Shown: positions 19,145-29,794, counted from the first letter of the stretch. The stretch: 64,000 nucleotides of DNA from Gemmatimonadota bacterium (GCA_963666735.1 OY762926.1:64001-128000), one strand, 5' to 3'. The notes: generated by a model from the sequence alone, not told the origin. Translations and numbers: made by a program.

Positions 19145-20351
19145 CGCCGTTGTCTTCGCTCCTCGCGGAACTTCGTCTCGTCCGGCGCCAGCCTGATCGC
19201 GCTGGCATAGGGGTTGTCCACGGCGGAGGCCGGTTCGCGAAGCCAACGGCGGACCCGGCCGAGTTCGCGCCAGGCCCAGGCGTGCCGGCGCCGCGGCGCG
19301 TCCATTCCGAGAAGACGTTCCAGAAGCGTGCGCGCATCCTCCAGAAGCCGGCGGTTGTCGCTGGCGGATCCCTCGCGATGCGCGTTGCCCGCAAGCCAAA
19401 GCTTGTTCCGGGCACTCTCCAGCAGGGCGCGAGGGTCGTCGAGAATCGCAGACCCGGCGTTGCCGAAGAGTCGGGCCGCCAGGTCCTCGTCCCCGATGCG
19501 TCTCGCAATGATCGCGGCCCCGGCCGCCTCACGCTCGGAGAGCCTCGAGGACTGTCCTTCGAGGAAGCGATGCACCCGCTCTCCCTGTCCGTCCGCGATC
19601 AGGGCCTCGAGCCACGGCACGACGACAGCGGGACGCTCGATGTCGGTGGCCAAGTGCGTCAGGCGCTTCTCCGCCAGTCCGATTTCCTTGAACAGCTCCC
19701 CGGCGCGCGGGTTCCGCGGCGGCGCCAGTCTCGGGGTCGCACCCCGGACGAGTTCGTCGCGGCCGACTCCCGGCACGGGCCCCGGCGTGCTCCGGATGTC
19801 GATCCGGTCCGATGTGATCCGAACCAGTGTCGTGTGGGGTGAGTCCTCATCGTAACCGCGATGATAGAGCGCGTTCACGAGTACTTCACGCAGCGCCTCC
19901 TCCGGGTAGCTCGGCCGGCGTGATGCCTGGACTCCGTTCGCCGCCTTGTGGATCGCCGACCCGGTGACCTCGCGCCGGAGGTAGGCCAGACACCCGCGGA
20001 CCTGCTCCGCGAGACCTCCGCGGAAATCCTTTTCCTCCAGAACATCGCCGCCGGCCCCGGCGCGCAGGATGCTGGTCTCGATCCTTGCTCCGGTGATCCA
20101 CTGCCGGCAGCGTCCATTCGCTCGGGACTCGGTCCCCTCGGCGGCAGGTCGGCCCCGCCGTCCCTCTCCGCGACGCCCAAGATCACGTAGCCGCTCCCGT
20201 GCCTCCTGAGGTCGTTTGCGAACGCCCAGATGGTCTTCGATACCTGGTAGCCCGTCACCTTCCCGGCCCAGGTCGCCTTGAACTCGATGCGTTCGGATTC
20301 GACGGTCCGGGCGTGGAGCAGGTCGTCCAGGTTGATTCGGAGGTCGCTCAT
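19141..20351 (-). pseudogene. Internally deleted, frameshifted AlbA_2/HATPase/TPR-like gene (paralog of 53294-55267)
   Basis: ESERIEFKATW...AFAND..GYVILGV, then frameshift to ...YPEEALREVLVNALYHRGY...RNPRAGELFKEIGLAE, then the C-terminal RHAWAWRELGR. Two large segments are missing relative to the paralog. Confidence 0.8.
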
Positions 20352-20481
20352 CGCCTCGCGGGTCGGGGGTTACCGGTGCCGACGGTCGTGGCGGTCGGGC
20401 CAGCGCGCCCGGGAAACTAACGAAACCCGGCGGAGACTGGCAGCCGTGGCGGTTTGGCCCGGTCCCGTAGCCAGCCGACGC

Positions 20482-20685
20482 TCAGCGCTGTTCCTCGATT
20501 CGCCTTCTCAACCGCCGCATGGCTGAAGGCCCGTCCGTCACGCGGCCGTCGGCGACCTCGCACAAGGCGGTTTCGGCAAGTTGGCGGAAGTGCGCTCCGG
20601 CGCGGTCCAGGAGCGCGGGTGGAACCCTGTCCCTTTCTTCTTCGCTGAGCCCTTCGTAGAGCCACTTCTCAAGGAATCTTCGAGC
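20482..20685 (-). pseudogene. 5'-truncated ParD-like antitoxin copy
   Basis: FLEKWLYEGLSEEERDRVP...GRVTDGPSAMRRLRRRIE matches the C-terminal half of 14595-14936. RHH part is absent and no toxin follows. Confidence 0.8.
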
Positions 20686-20701
20686 GCTTGATCCCCCTGA
20701 G

Positions 20702-20721
20702 GACGTTCCCGCGGGAACGTC
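20702..20721. repeat. Palindrome copy 2 (20 bp, GACGTTCCCGCGGGAACGTC)
   Basis: Perfect palindrome next to the ParD truncation point. Confidence 0.9.
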
Positions 20722-20808
20722 TTCGCCGGGGAAGAGCCCGGCTGCGTCGCTTGCTACGAACAACCGGGCCTCCTAGCCTCGGATTTCAACCGTTTCTCTC
20801 CGTGACGA

Positions 20809-21411
20809 ATGAACGAGACGCTCAGGGACGAACTGCTGGAGATGGCCCGGCTCGACCGCAAGGTGCGCGCCGAACTCGCCGCCTCGGGCGAACTCTTCGA
20901 TGTCGGCTACGAGCCCCGGATGGCGCGCGTCCACGAGCGGAACGCGCGGCGTCTTCTCCGGATCATCGAGTCGGTCGGCTGGCCGGGAACGGACCTCGTC
21001 GGCCCCGGCGGGGCGGAGGCCGCCTGGATGATCCTGCAGCACGCGATCGCGGAACCCGGCCTGCTCCGGCGCGCGCTGCCACTCCTCCAGGCCGCGGCGC
21101 GCGAGGGAAGGGCGTCTCCCCGGCACGCGGCGATGCTGGAGGACCGGATCCGATTCTTCGAGGGCCGGCCGCAGCGCTACGGGACGCAGTTCGATTGGGA
21201 TGCCGAGGGGAAGCTGTCGCCGGGCGAGGTGGAAGACCCGCCGCGGGTGGATGAGCGGCGGCGTTCCGCCGGACTCCCGCCCCTGGCCGAGCAGATGGAG
21301 GAAGCGCGCCTCCGCGCGGATGCCGAGGGAGACCGGCCGCCGGCGGATCACCCGGCGTACGCGAGGGCGCGCGAGGAATGGGCCGCGGCGGTCGGATGGT
21401 GGACCGGCTGA
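20809..21411 (+). CDS. DUF6624-like protein
   Basis: LRDELLEMARLDRKVR...GWPGTDLVG..AAWMILQHA...AMLEDRIRFFEGRPQRYGTQF. Confidence 0.8.
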   Translation: MNETLRDELLEMARLDRKVRAELAASGELFDVGYEPRMARVHERNARRLLRIIESVGWPGTDLVGPGGAEAAWMILQHAIAEPGLLRRALPLLQAAAREGRASPRHAAMLEDRIRFFEGRPQRYGTQFDWDAEGKLSPGEVEDPPRVDERRRSAGLPPLAEQMEEARLRADAEGDRPPADHPAYARAREEWAAAVGWWTG

Positions 21412-21440
21412 ATCGGACTGAATCGGGCTGAACCGGGCTG
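21406..21440. repeat. 10-bp tandem repeat (GGCTGAATCG-like, ~3.5 copies) starting at the stop codon
   Basis: ggctgaatcg gactgaatcg ggctgaaccg ggctg. Confidence 0.8.
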
Positions 21441-21487
21441 CGCGTAACGTCCCCGGCCCGGCCCGAGCCAGGCCAACGCGCCGCCCG

Positions 21488-21712
21488 CTATTCCGACGGT
21501 CGGAGCGATTCACCCAGGTTGCGGCCGAACGGCGTGAGCTTGTAAATGCGTTCGTTGCCGCGCACGCGGAGTACCATGCCGGTGGTGACCAGAGAATGGA
21601 GCGCGCGCTCCGCACGTGCCGTACGGCACGTGAGCAGCCGGCGGACGGCAGTGACGCCGAACGATTCCCCGTCGGCGAACTCGTACAGGATCCGTTTCGC
21701 GTCCTCGGTCAC
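21488..21712 (-). CDS. Small putative winged-helix protein
   Basis: VTEDAKRILYEF...AVRRLL...AERALHSLVTTGMVLRV..ERIYKLTPFG resembles a wHTH. Confidence 0.45.
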   Translation of the reverse strand: MTEDAKRILYEFADGESFGVTAVRRLLTCRTARAERALHSLVTTGMVLRVRGNERIYKLTPFGRNLGESLRPSE

Positions 21713-22383
21713 GGCGCGTCGGCCATGTGCACACGAAAGCACGAGCCGCAGACTTCGTCCGTCGCATGCCGCGGGAGGCACCCCCCCTCGGGCGGTTCTC
21801 GCGGGACAAGGAACCGAGGCTCGTCGGCCGCGAACGTTCTCCGGCAGCGCCGGTACCCGTGGGGGCATCGGGGATTCCTGCAATCGCACGGATCGCGCAC
21901 CGCTCGAGAAGCCCGGCGGGAAGGCGTGTCCAATCGAATGTTCGTCACTCCCTGCACCGTCAGCCTCGGCGTTACGGGCCTGCCTTCACACCGGTATCGG
22001 TTTCGCACCGATGCCGCGCCGCGCGGGTCGCGGATGGCTTGATATGGCGACCATTTCGCGACTTATCGGCTGGGATGCACGAGATTATCGCGGCTTCCGA
22101 ACGCTTGCAAGGACGAACGTAACCCCGCTCGGCCCGGCCCTGCGGCGCGCTACGGCGTGATCGCCACCGTCGACGGCGCAGGAGGGATCGGGGAGTTCGT
22201 GACCTCCGGTTTCACTCCGGCCGAAGAGGCCGAGTTGGTCGTCTGGCTGGACGGCCCGCAACTTTTTGAGCACTTCAGGAGTCTTGCCGCGCCGATTCGC
22301 GTGGGGAACCTGCCCGTCCATGTCCGCGCGCACGGCACGGGCAGATCTGGAGACCCTCATCGACGCTGCCGCGATCCTCCCAT

Positions 22384-24174
22384 TCAGGATTCGCGCTCGG
22401 GCACGGCGGAAACGCGGAGGGTCAGTATGTCCACGTCGTGGAACTGCTGGTGCCGGACCGAGGAGGCGAGGTGCCTGAGCAGCCGGAGCGAGATCTCCTG
22501 CTCCACGTCGGCCGCTCTGGTCTCCGCCTCGAGCCACGCCAGGCGGTCCTGAAGGTTGAGTTCGTCGCTGCCCGCGGCGCCCACCCTGAACTCAAGCACG
22601 GCCTCGCCGTCCTCCTCGCTCGCCGTCAGGAGCAGTTCGCGTCTCCCGTCGTCGGGTGTTGCCTCCGCCTCAGCCGTCCTATCCGCCTCATCCGCCGCGT
22701 TCCGCAACTCGAGCAGCGTGAGCAGCGTCTCCTCGCTCGCGGCTTCGAGCCGCTCCGTGACCGCCGTCATCCCGTGCCGTGCCGAGAACGCTTGGATGAA
22801 CTCCCGGATCCGGGCCAGTTCGGCCACGTCGAGCGCGACTCTGAGCCGGCTCTTCCGCCGCGTCGTCAGCGCGGTGAGCACCAGCGCCATCAGGCCTCCC
22901 GTCGTCAACCCGTTGCTCAGCAGGCCGCCCGCGAACTCCGCGAAGTAGGCGGGAAAGATCAGGTCGAACTCGAATGCGAGACCCGTCCAGAACGAGACGC
23001 CCGCAATCAGGCCGTTGCGGGGGTTCGCGCCCATGCTCTGCACGACTTCGCGCATCCCGACCGTGAACAGCATCGCCATGACCACGGCGATGGAGGCGGC
23101 CACGACAGCGTCGGGAATGGCGAGAATGAGGGCGAGCGCCTTGGGGAGGAAGGCGAGGACGCAGAAGGCTAGTCCGGCTGCCGCACCGACCCTGCGCGCG
23201 GCGACGCCCGTGACTTCGATGGCGGCCACGCCGCTCCCGTTGGGCGTGTTGGGCAGGGTTCCCGCGACACCCGCGAGCAGATTCCCGGCGCCTTCCGCGG
23301 CCACGGCGCGCTGCACCGCGCGAAAATCGACCGCCCGCGACCGGCGCCACGACACGCGCTGGGCGGAGACGGCGACGGCGACGGACTTGGTCGTGCCGAC
23401 GAGCGCCACGAACAGGAACGCGGGCAGCAGAGCCCAGAACGCCGGGCCGAAGCCGACGTCGAGCGCGGGCAGCCCGCCGGCCGGGACGCCGATCCACTCG
23501 GCGTCGGCCACGCGGCCGGTGTCGTAGATGCCGAAGGCCGCGCCGACCAGGGAGCCGGCGATGATGCCGACGGCCGGGGCCCAGAGGCGCAGGGTCCCTT
23601 TCGCCCGGAGCGCGATGCCCAGGATGGCGACGATCGTCACGCCGGCGCTCAGCGGTCCGGCCCGCACGGGGGCGCCCGGCGGCAACTCGTTGAGCATGTC
23701 GAACAGGATCGGCATCACGGTGACGGGCATGAGCATGACCACCGTACCGGTAACGACGGGCGTGAGCACCCGGTGCAGCAGCGAAAGCCGCGCGGAAAAC
23801 GCCGCCTGGGCGAGCGCCGAGACGACGACCAGGGTGGCGAGCAGCCCCGGTCCGCCCCGAATCAGAGCCTCGGCGCAGACGGCGATGAAGATGGCCGAAC
23901 TGACGTGCGGCAGCGCGTACCCCGCCCCGATCCGTCCCACTCGCAGGCCCTGGAGGATCGTGGCGACGCCGCATGCGAGGACGGAGGCGAACACCGCCCA
24001 CAACACGAGGTCTTCGGCGCCGCCCGCCCGAAACGCGATCGTCGGAATCAGCACGACCCCGTTGATGCCCATGGCGGCGAGCTGAAAGCCGAGACCCAGC
24101 GCGACCGGGCCCGGAAGCCGGTCCTCGACTTCGTAGCGAAGGTCTTCGTTCGACCTGAACCGCGGACGCTTCAC
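22384..24174 (-). CDS. NCS2 (xanthine/uracil) permease with extra C-terminal soluble domain
   Basis: YEVEDRLP..LGLGFQ, ATILQG, TPVVTGTVV, AEGAGNLLAG, IEVTGVAAR and many TM segments, then ~150-aa soluble tail. Start uncertain. Confidence 0.85.
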   Translation of the reverse strand: MKRPRFRSNEDLRYEVEDRLPGPVALGLGFQLAAMGINGVVLIPTIAFRAGGAEDLVLWAVFASVLACGVATILQGLRVGRIGAGYALPHVSSAIFIAVCAEALIRGGPGLLATLVVVSALAQAAFSARLSLLHRVLTPVVTGTVVMLMPVTVMPILFDMLNELPPGAPVRAGPLSAGVTIVAILGIALRAKGTLRLWAPAVGIIAGSLVGAAFGIYDTGRVADAEWIGVPAGGLPALDVGFGPAFWALLPAFLFVALVGTTKSVAVAVSAQRVSWRRSRAVDFRAVQRAVAAEGAGNLLAGVAGTLPNTPNGSGVAAIEVTGVAARRVGAAAGLAFCVLAFLPKALALILAIPDAVVAASIAVVMAMLFTVGMREVVQSMGANPRNGLIAGVSFWTGLAFEFDLIFPAYFAEFAGGLLSNGLTTGGLMALVLTALTTRRKSRLRVALDVAELARIREFIQAFSARHGMTAVTERLEAASEETLLTLLELRNAADEADRTAEAEATPDDGRRELLLTASEEDGEAVLEFRVGAAGSDELNLQDRLAWLEAETRAADVEQEISLRLLRHLASSVRHQQFHDVDILTLRVSAVPERES

Positions 24175-24311
24175 TCGGATCCGCTCCCGGCTTCCGGCTG
24201 ACTTGCTGGCTCGCGCATGAGACGGCATGGTGAGACGGAACGCAGGAACAGGCAAGCGAGCACAGCCCGGACACGGCTGAGCGTGTACCCAGCGATCTGG
24301 AGGAGTCTGGC

Positions 24312-24596
24312 GTGGCTGCTTACATCGTGATTCGAACGAGGGTTCGGGATCCCGAGGCGCACGGCGCTTTCGCGGAGGCGGCGACGGCGCTGCTTGCGCA
24401 ATCCGACGGTGAGTTCGTCGTGCGGGCGCGCGACTGCGCCACGCTCGAGGGCGAGGCGCCCGATGTCGTTGTCGTCCAGCGTTTTCCCGACGCCGCGTCC
24501 GCGCGGGCGTTCTACGACAGCCCCGAGCATCAGGAGGCCCTGAAGCGCGCTGGCGACGCCTTCACCCGCGAGGTCGTGATCGTCGAGGGTGCCTAG
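24312..24596 (+). CDS. DUF1330-family protein
   Basis: MAAYIV...GEFVVR..LEG..VVVQRFPD..ARAFYDSPEHQEA...VIVEG. Confidence 0.85.
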   Translation: MAAYIVIRTRVRDPEAHGAFAEAATALLAQSDGEFVVRARDCATLEGEAPDVVVVQRFPDAASARAFYDSPEHQEALKRAGDAFTREVVIVEGA

Positions 24597-24673
24597 CCCC
24601 GGCTGCGGGCCGCCGCGCGAAGGCGGCCCGCCCCTCCAGGGTGTTCCCGCCCGCCCGACCGACGGATCAGCCG

Positions 24674-24871
24674 ATGAAGGAGCATCGGAGTGCGCTGAAG
24701 GTCGCGCTGAGAGTGGCCGGCCATTTTGCGGCCATAGTGCTGATCTATCTCATGTTCTCGTTCTCGCTGTTTCTCGGGCTGCAGGTCAATACGACTTACG
24801 GGAACCTTGGCATGGTCCTGTCCGCCGGAGCAGCCCTGGCCTACGTTCTCCGGTGCATCCGAAACCGTTAG
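24674..24871 (+). CDS. Small two-TM membrane protein
   Basis: Two hydrophobic helices in 65 aa. Confidence 0.55.
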   Translation: MKEHRSALKVALRVAGHFAAIVLIYLMFSFSLFLGLQVNTTYGNLGMVLSAGAALAYVLRCIRNR

Positions 24872-24980
24872 ACTATCGGAAGCGGGATTATCCCTCGTTT
24901 ATCGTGAGCCTCATCCTCGAGAACAAGGTGCTGGCCACTCGCGACTTCGTGAACCTCGACAAGAGCGAAGAGACCGCCTG

Positions 24981-27900
24981 GTGAACGCCTTCGTCCGCTG
25001 GTGGGAAGTCACGCGACGGGAGTTCGGCGCGTGGTTCCGCCGTCCGGCCAACTGGGCGCTGATCGCGGTCTTGGCCTTCGTCGCCCTGGGGATGGCCAGT
25101 GGGGGCGTCCGCATACCCAGCGGCGGCTCCGGGACCGGCGGCGAGTGGCCCTTCATCACCTCCGTCTACACGCAGAGCATGATCCAGGGCACGGTCATGC
25201 TCGCGACCGCAGCTTGGTTCCTTTCCATCTCGTGCGGGATGGTCGTCATTCGGGACCTCGAACTGCAGGTGACGGAGCTCTTCCACTCGACCCGTCTCAC
25301 GCCGCGGGAGTACGCGTGGGGCAAGTTCTGCGGGGTGGTCGGCGGCTTCGCTGTCGCGTGGCTCGTCTTCCTGATCGTACTCGTCCTGTTCGCACAGGTC
25401 GTGGGGGACCTTACGGGTTCCCGGCTCATCGGGCCCTTCTCCCCATGGAACTATCTTTTCCCGACGCTCCTCTTCGGGGTGCCGCAGATTCTGCTCTTCG
25501 GGGGCGTCGCCTTCTTCCTCGGCACATGGACGCGCCGTCCGATCATCGTCTTCGTCTTCCCCATGGCGGCGACCCTCGTGACCCTCACCTTCCTGACCGA
25601 GTGGTCGCCCAGCTGGCTCGCACCGGAGGTCACCCGGCGGCTGATGCTCATCGACCCCTCGGGGTATCGCTGGCTGAACGAGACCTTCCTCGCGGTCGAC
25701 CGCGGCGTGGATTTCTACAACACGCAGCCGCTGCGGCCCGACGCGGGATTCGTGATCAGCCGGGCGGTCCTTGCGCTGCTGGGACTCGGCGCCGTAGCGG
25801 CCGCGGTGCGCAGCTACGCCCGCAGAATGCTGGCCGGAGGCCGGGAGTCCCGCATCCTGCGCGGACTTCGGAGCCGAGAGACCCCTGCCGCCGCCACGGA
25901 ATCCGCTCCGGTCGTCGCCGCAGACGCCGACCCCGCGCCGAGCTCGACCCGCGCGGCGAAGAGGACGACGCTGGCCGACCTCGGAATGACGACCCGGCCC
26001 CTCGGTTTCCGGCGGGCCGCCGGCGTGGTCGCGCGCGGCGAGATCCGGGACCTCGTCGCGCGGCCCGGGATGTATCTCTTCGTCCCCCTGATCCTGTTCA
26101 TGGCGTTCGAGACATCGATCGCGGTCGGTCCCTTCGATTCCCGCCTTCTGACCACACCGGGCGGGATGGCGGGAGGGCAGCTCAACGCGCTCACCCTCTT
26201 CCTCTGCTTCCTGCTCCTCTTCTACACCGTCGAGTCGCTGCACGGGGAACGCAGCAGCCGCCTGCATGAGATCTTCGGCGCCATTCCCGTCGGCACCGGA
26301 GCCGTCCTCCTCGGAAAGACGCTGGGGAACAGCGTGATGGCGGGCTTCATCCTGCTGGTGACGCTCGTCGCCGACGCGGCGTTCCTCCTCTACGAGCGGT
26401 TCATCGGCGGGAGCCCGGTTGGGTTCGACCTCTTCCCCTTCGTGGCCATGTGGGGGGCCGTGCTCGTCCCCACCTTCATTTTCTGGACGGCGTTCGTCAC
26501 GGCCCTCTTCTCCCTCTTTCGAAACCGGTACGCGGTGTACGGAACCGGGGTGGGCCTCGTCATCTTCACCGTGTACCGACTGCAGGGGGGCGAGGGAACG
26601 ACCTGGGTGTACAACTGGCTCGGCTGGGGCGCGCTGAGCTGGAGCGACATGGGCACGTTCACGCTGCACGGGACGCCGCTCCTCCTCAATCGCCTCCTCT
26701 ACCTGAGCCTGGCGCCGCTCCTCGTCGCGCTCGCGGTGAAGTGGTACGGCCGGCAGGATTTCGACGCGGTGGGAATCATCCACCGCCTCCGTCCGAAGCC
26801 GCTGCTGCTGGGCGCCTGCCGGCTGCTGCCGCTGGGGATCCCCGCCATCGTCCTGGCCTCGATCCTCGCCATCGGGGGCGCGCGGGGCTACGAGGGAGAT
26901 GCGGCGGACAGATGGACGAAGGCCTACTGGCGGCAGAACTCCGAAACCTGGAGAGACTTCCGCATGCCTTCGGTCTCTCGCGTCGACCTCGATCTCGACT
27001 TCGAGCCGAACGAGCGCTCCGTGGCGGTCAAGGGGGAATACACCTTCCTCAACCACCGTGACCATGCGTACGAGCGGCTTCCGGTTACGGCGGGTCCGTG
27101 GGATCCGATCGAATGGACGTTCAACGGGGAGACGTACGAACCGGAGGACCGCTCGAACCTCTTCGTCTTCACGCCGCGCGCGCCGCTGGAGCCCGGGGAT
27201 ACGCTCAGGATCGGCTTCGAGTACGACTTCGTGTTCATGGAGGGGATGAGCCGGGGGCCCAGCCAGCCGATGCAGTTCATCCTCGAATCGGGGATCGTGC
27301 TCACCGCTTCCAGCCCGACGTTCGTCCCCGTGCCCGGCTACCTGCCCGGAATCGGCGTGGATGAGGACAACTCGGCCGAACCCCGCGAGTACCCCGACGA
27401 CTTCCATGAAAGCGAGACGGAGCCGCTGTTCGGCTGGGGCGGCGGGCCCTTCACGGTGCGCACCCGCATCAGGACCCCCGAGGCGTTCACCGCCAACGCG
27501 GTCGGCCAACTGGTGAGCAGCGAGGTGGCCGATGGCCGGCGCACGGTGGTGTGGGAGACCGACCATCCCGTGACGATGTTCAACGTGATCGCCGGCAAGT
27601 ACGCGGTGGCCGAAGGGGACGGCACCGCGATCTACCACCACCCGGAGCACGACTACAATATCGAGGAGATGTCCGCCGCCCTCGACGCGGCGCGCAGATA
27701 CTACTCCGAGTGGTTCTATCCCTTCCCCTGGGACGTGCTCAAGGTCTCCGAGTTCCCCGCCTACTTGCCCTATGCCCAGAGCTTCCCCACGAACATCTCG
27801 TTCAGCGAGGGCGTGGGGTTCCTGGCGAAGAGCGACCCGCGTTCGCACTTGGCGTTTGCGGTCGTCGCGCACGAAGCCGCGCACCAGTGGTGGGGGAGTC

Positions 27901-28664
27901 TCCTCGTCCCCGGCGGAGGCCCCGGCGGCGAAATCCTCTCCGAGGGCATGGCCCACTACGCGACCATGCTCCTGCACGAGCAGGTGTACGGCGACCGCTA
28001 CCGCATGGAGTTCGGCAAGCGGATCGAGTCGCTGTACGGCGTCGGCCGACGCGTTGACCGGGAGCGCCCGCTGGTGAGGACGGACGGGACCCGCGCCGGC
28101 GATTTCACGGTCACCTACAACAAGAGCGCCTGGGTGATGTGGATGCTTCAGCAGGAGGTGGGCCGCGAGAACCTCCTCGCCGCCCTGCGCGCCTTCATCG
28201 CGAAGTACAACCCCGATCCGGACTTCCCGGTGCTCCTGGACATGCTGCTCGTGCTGCGCGGCTTCGCGCCGGACTCGGCGAGATTCGAGTCCTTCGCTCG
28301 CCAGTGGTTCGAGGACGTGGTCGTGCCCGAGTATCGCTTCTCCGGCGTGACGAAGACTCGGGAAAGTGACGGCGCCGGCGGCGAGGCGTGGGTCGTGCGC
28401 GGGACGGTCGAGAATCCGGGCACCAGCTACATGACCGTGGAGGTGGCCGCGACGGCGGGTCGGCGCTGGTCGGACGAGGGGGACGACGGTCATCGATCCG
28501 TGGTGGCCGAAGGCTATCGCGACGCGCGTACCGAAGTCGCGCTGGGCGCCGGGGAATCCGCCGACTTCGAGATCCGGGCGGCGTTCGATCCGGAGCGGGT
28601 GCTCGTCGACCCGGACGTACTCGTCCTGCAACTCAACCGGGACGCCGCCGTGTTCGACTTCTGA
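24981..28664 (+). CDS. ABC-2 permease fused to M1-family aminopeptidase
   Basis: Two multi-TM permease modules, then a metallopeptidase with AQSFP, HEAAHQWWG and downstream E (LSEGMAHY). Confidence 0.9.
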   Translation: MNAFVRWWEVTRREFGAWFRRPANWALIAVLAFVALGMASGGVRIPSGGSGTGGEWPFITSVYTQSMIQGTVMLATAAWFLSISCGMVVIRDLELQVTELFHSTRLTPREYAWGKFCGVVGGFAVAWLVFLIVLVLFAQVVGDLTGSRLIGPFSPWNYLFPTLLFGVPQILLFGGVAFFLGTWTRRPIIVFVFPMAATLVTLTFLTEWSPSWLAPEVTRRLMLIDPSGYRWLNETFLAVDRGVDFYNTQPLRPDAGFVISRAVLALLGLGAVAAAVRSYARRMLAGGRESRILRGLRSRETPAAATESAPVVAADADPAPSSTRAAKRTTLADLGMTTRPLGFRRAAGVVARGEIRDLVARPGMYLFVPLILFMAFETSIAVGPFDSRLLTTPGGMAGGQLNALTLFLCFLLLFYTVESLHGERSSRLHEIFGAIPVGTGAVLLGKTLGNSVMAGFILLVTLVADAAFLLYERFIGGSPVGFDLFPFVAMWGAVLVPTFIFWTAFVTALFSLFRNRYAVYGTGVGLVIFTVYRLQGGEGTTWVYNWLGWGALSWSDMGTFTLHGTPLLLNRLLYLSLAPLLVALAVKWYGRQDFDAVGIIHRLRPKPLLLGACRLLPLGIPAIVLASILAIGGARGYEGDAADRWTKAYWRQNSETWRDFRMPSVSRVDLDLDFEPNERSVAVKGEYTFLNHRDHAYERLPVTAGPWDPIEWTFNGETYEPEDRSNLFVFTPRAPLEPGDTLRIGFEYDFVFMEGMSRGPSQPMQFILESGIVLTASSPTFVPVPGYLPGIGVDEDNSAEPREYPDDFHESETEPLFGWGGGPFTVRTRIRTPEAFTANAVGQLVSSEVADGRRTVVWETDHPVTMFNVIAGKYAVAEGDGTAIYHHPEHDYNIEEMSAALDAARRYYSEWFYPFPWDVLKVSEFPAYLPYAQSFPTNISFSEGVGFLAKSDPRSHLAFAVVAHEAAHQWWGSLLVPGGGPGGEILSEGMAHYATMLLHEQVYGDRYRMEFGKRIESLYGVGRRVDRERPLVRTDGTRAGDFTVTYNKSAWVMWMLQQEVGRENLLAALRAFIAKYNPDPDFPVLLDMLLVLRGFAPDSARFESFARQWFEDVVVPEYRFSGVTKTRESDGAGGEAWVVRGTVENPGTSYMTVEVAATAGRRWSDEGDDGHRSVVAEGYRDARTEVALGAGESADFEIRAAFDPERVLVDPDVLVLQLNRDAAVFDF

Positions 28665-28703
28665 GGAGAGACTCCACCGAATCCGGGTCTCGCGGGTCTG
28701 AAG

Positions 28704-28721
28704 ACGTTCCCGCGGGAACGT
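28704..28721. repeat. Palindrome copy 3
   Basis: ACGTTCCCGCGGGAACGT, 40 bp after the permease stop. Confidence 0.9.
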
Positions 28722-28887
28722 TTCGGGGGGAGGGGAGACGCCCGCTCCCGGCGCGCGGCGGCCGCGAAACCTGGCGGCTTCCCGTTCCGTGGGGAGAGTA
28801 TCCGAGTCTTTGACGCGCGGGGCCGGGACCAGCGGCTCGAGCTCCGCGGCGTCGAGACCCGCGGCACAGCGAAAGGCGGCCGGCGCC

Positions 28888-29790
28888 ATGCTTGAGATCC
28901 GGAACCTCGTCAAGGTCTACCCCGGCCCCGTCGCGGCGCTGCAGGGGGTGTCGCTCGATGTGGGGCAGGGGATGTTCGGGCTCCTCGGGCCCAACGGGGC
29001 GGGGAAGACCACCCTCATGCGGATCGTGGCCGGGCTGCTCGAGCCGACTTCGGGCACGGTCCACTTCGACGGCGAGGACATCGTCGCCGATCCCCGCCGC
29101 ATCCGGCGGCAACTGGGCTACCTGCCGCAGGACTTCGGCTTCTATCCGCACCTCACGGGCGAATCGATGCTGCGCTTCCTGCTCGTCCTCAAGGGGGTGG
29201 AGGCGCCGCGGGGGGTGAAGCGCCTCGCCGCGGAACTGCTCGACCGCGTGAACCTCTCCTACGCCGCGAAGCGCAAGGTGAAGGGCTACTCGGGCGGCAT
29301 GCGGCAGCGGCTCGGGATCGCGCAGGCGCTGGCCGGCGACCCCCGGATCCTGGTGGTGGACGAACCGACCGCGGGCCTCGACCCGGAGGAGCGGCTCCGC
29401 TTCTACCGCCTGCTCGCGGAACTCGCCGAGGACCGCACCGTCCTCCTCTCCACGCACATCGTGGACGACATCTCGGTGCTCTGCCCGCGCGTCGCGATCA
29501 TGTACGATGGTCGCCTGGTGGCGGACACGACCCCCGCCGAGGCCCGCACACGCCTCGCGGGCGCGATCTACCAGGGCGCCGTCGCGAAGGAGGACCTGGC
29601 CGCGGTCGACCGCGACTACCGCGTCACGCAGGCGATCCTCATCGAGGGCCGCAACCAGGTCCGCATCCACCTGCCGGAGGGACCGCCCCCGGCCGGCTTC
29701 GAGGCGGCCGCCGCGACGCTCGAGGACGCCTACCTCCTCCTCGCCCGGGAGAAGGGTGCCCGGCCCGAGGGAGCCGAAGCCGCGCCGTGA
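28888..29790 (+). CDS. ABC transporter ATP-binding protein
   Basis: GPNGAGKTT, YSGGMRQR, VVDEPTAGLD, LSTH. Confidence 0.95.
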   Translation: MLEIRNLVKVYPGPVAALQGVSLDVGQGMFGLLGPNGAGKTTLMRIVAGLLEPTSGTVHFDGEDIVADPRRIRRQLGYLPQDFGFYPHLTGESMLRFLLVLKGVEAPRGVKRLAAELLDRVNLSYAAKRKVKGYSGGMRQRLGIAQALAGDPRILVVDEPTAGLDPEERLRFYRLLAELAEDRTVLLSTHIVDDISVLCPRVAIMYDGRLVADTTPAEARTRLAGAIYQGAVAKEDLAAVDRDYRVTQAILIEGRNQVRIHLPEGPPPAGFEAAAATLEDAYLLLAREKGARPEGAEAAP

Positions 29791-29794
29791 ACCG

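Noticed and set aside
24888..28913. 1341-aa minus-strand ORF
   Set aside because: Antisense to the permease/M1 peptidase; no motifs.
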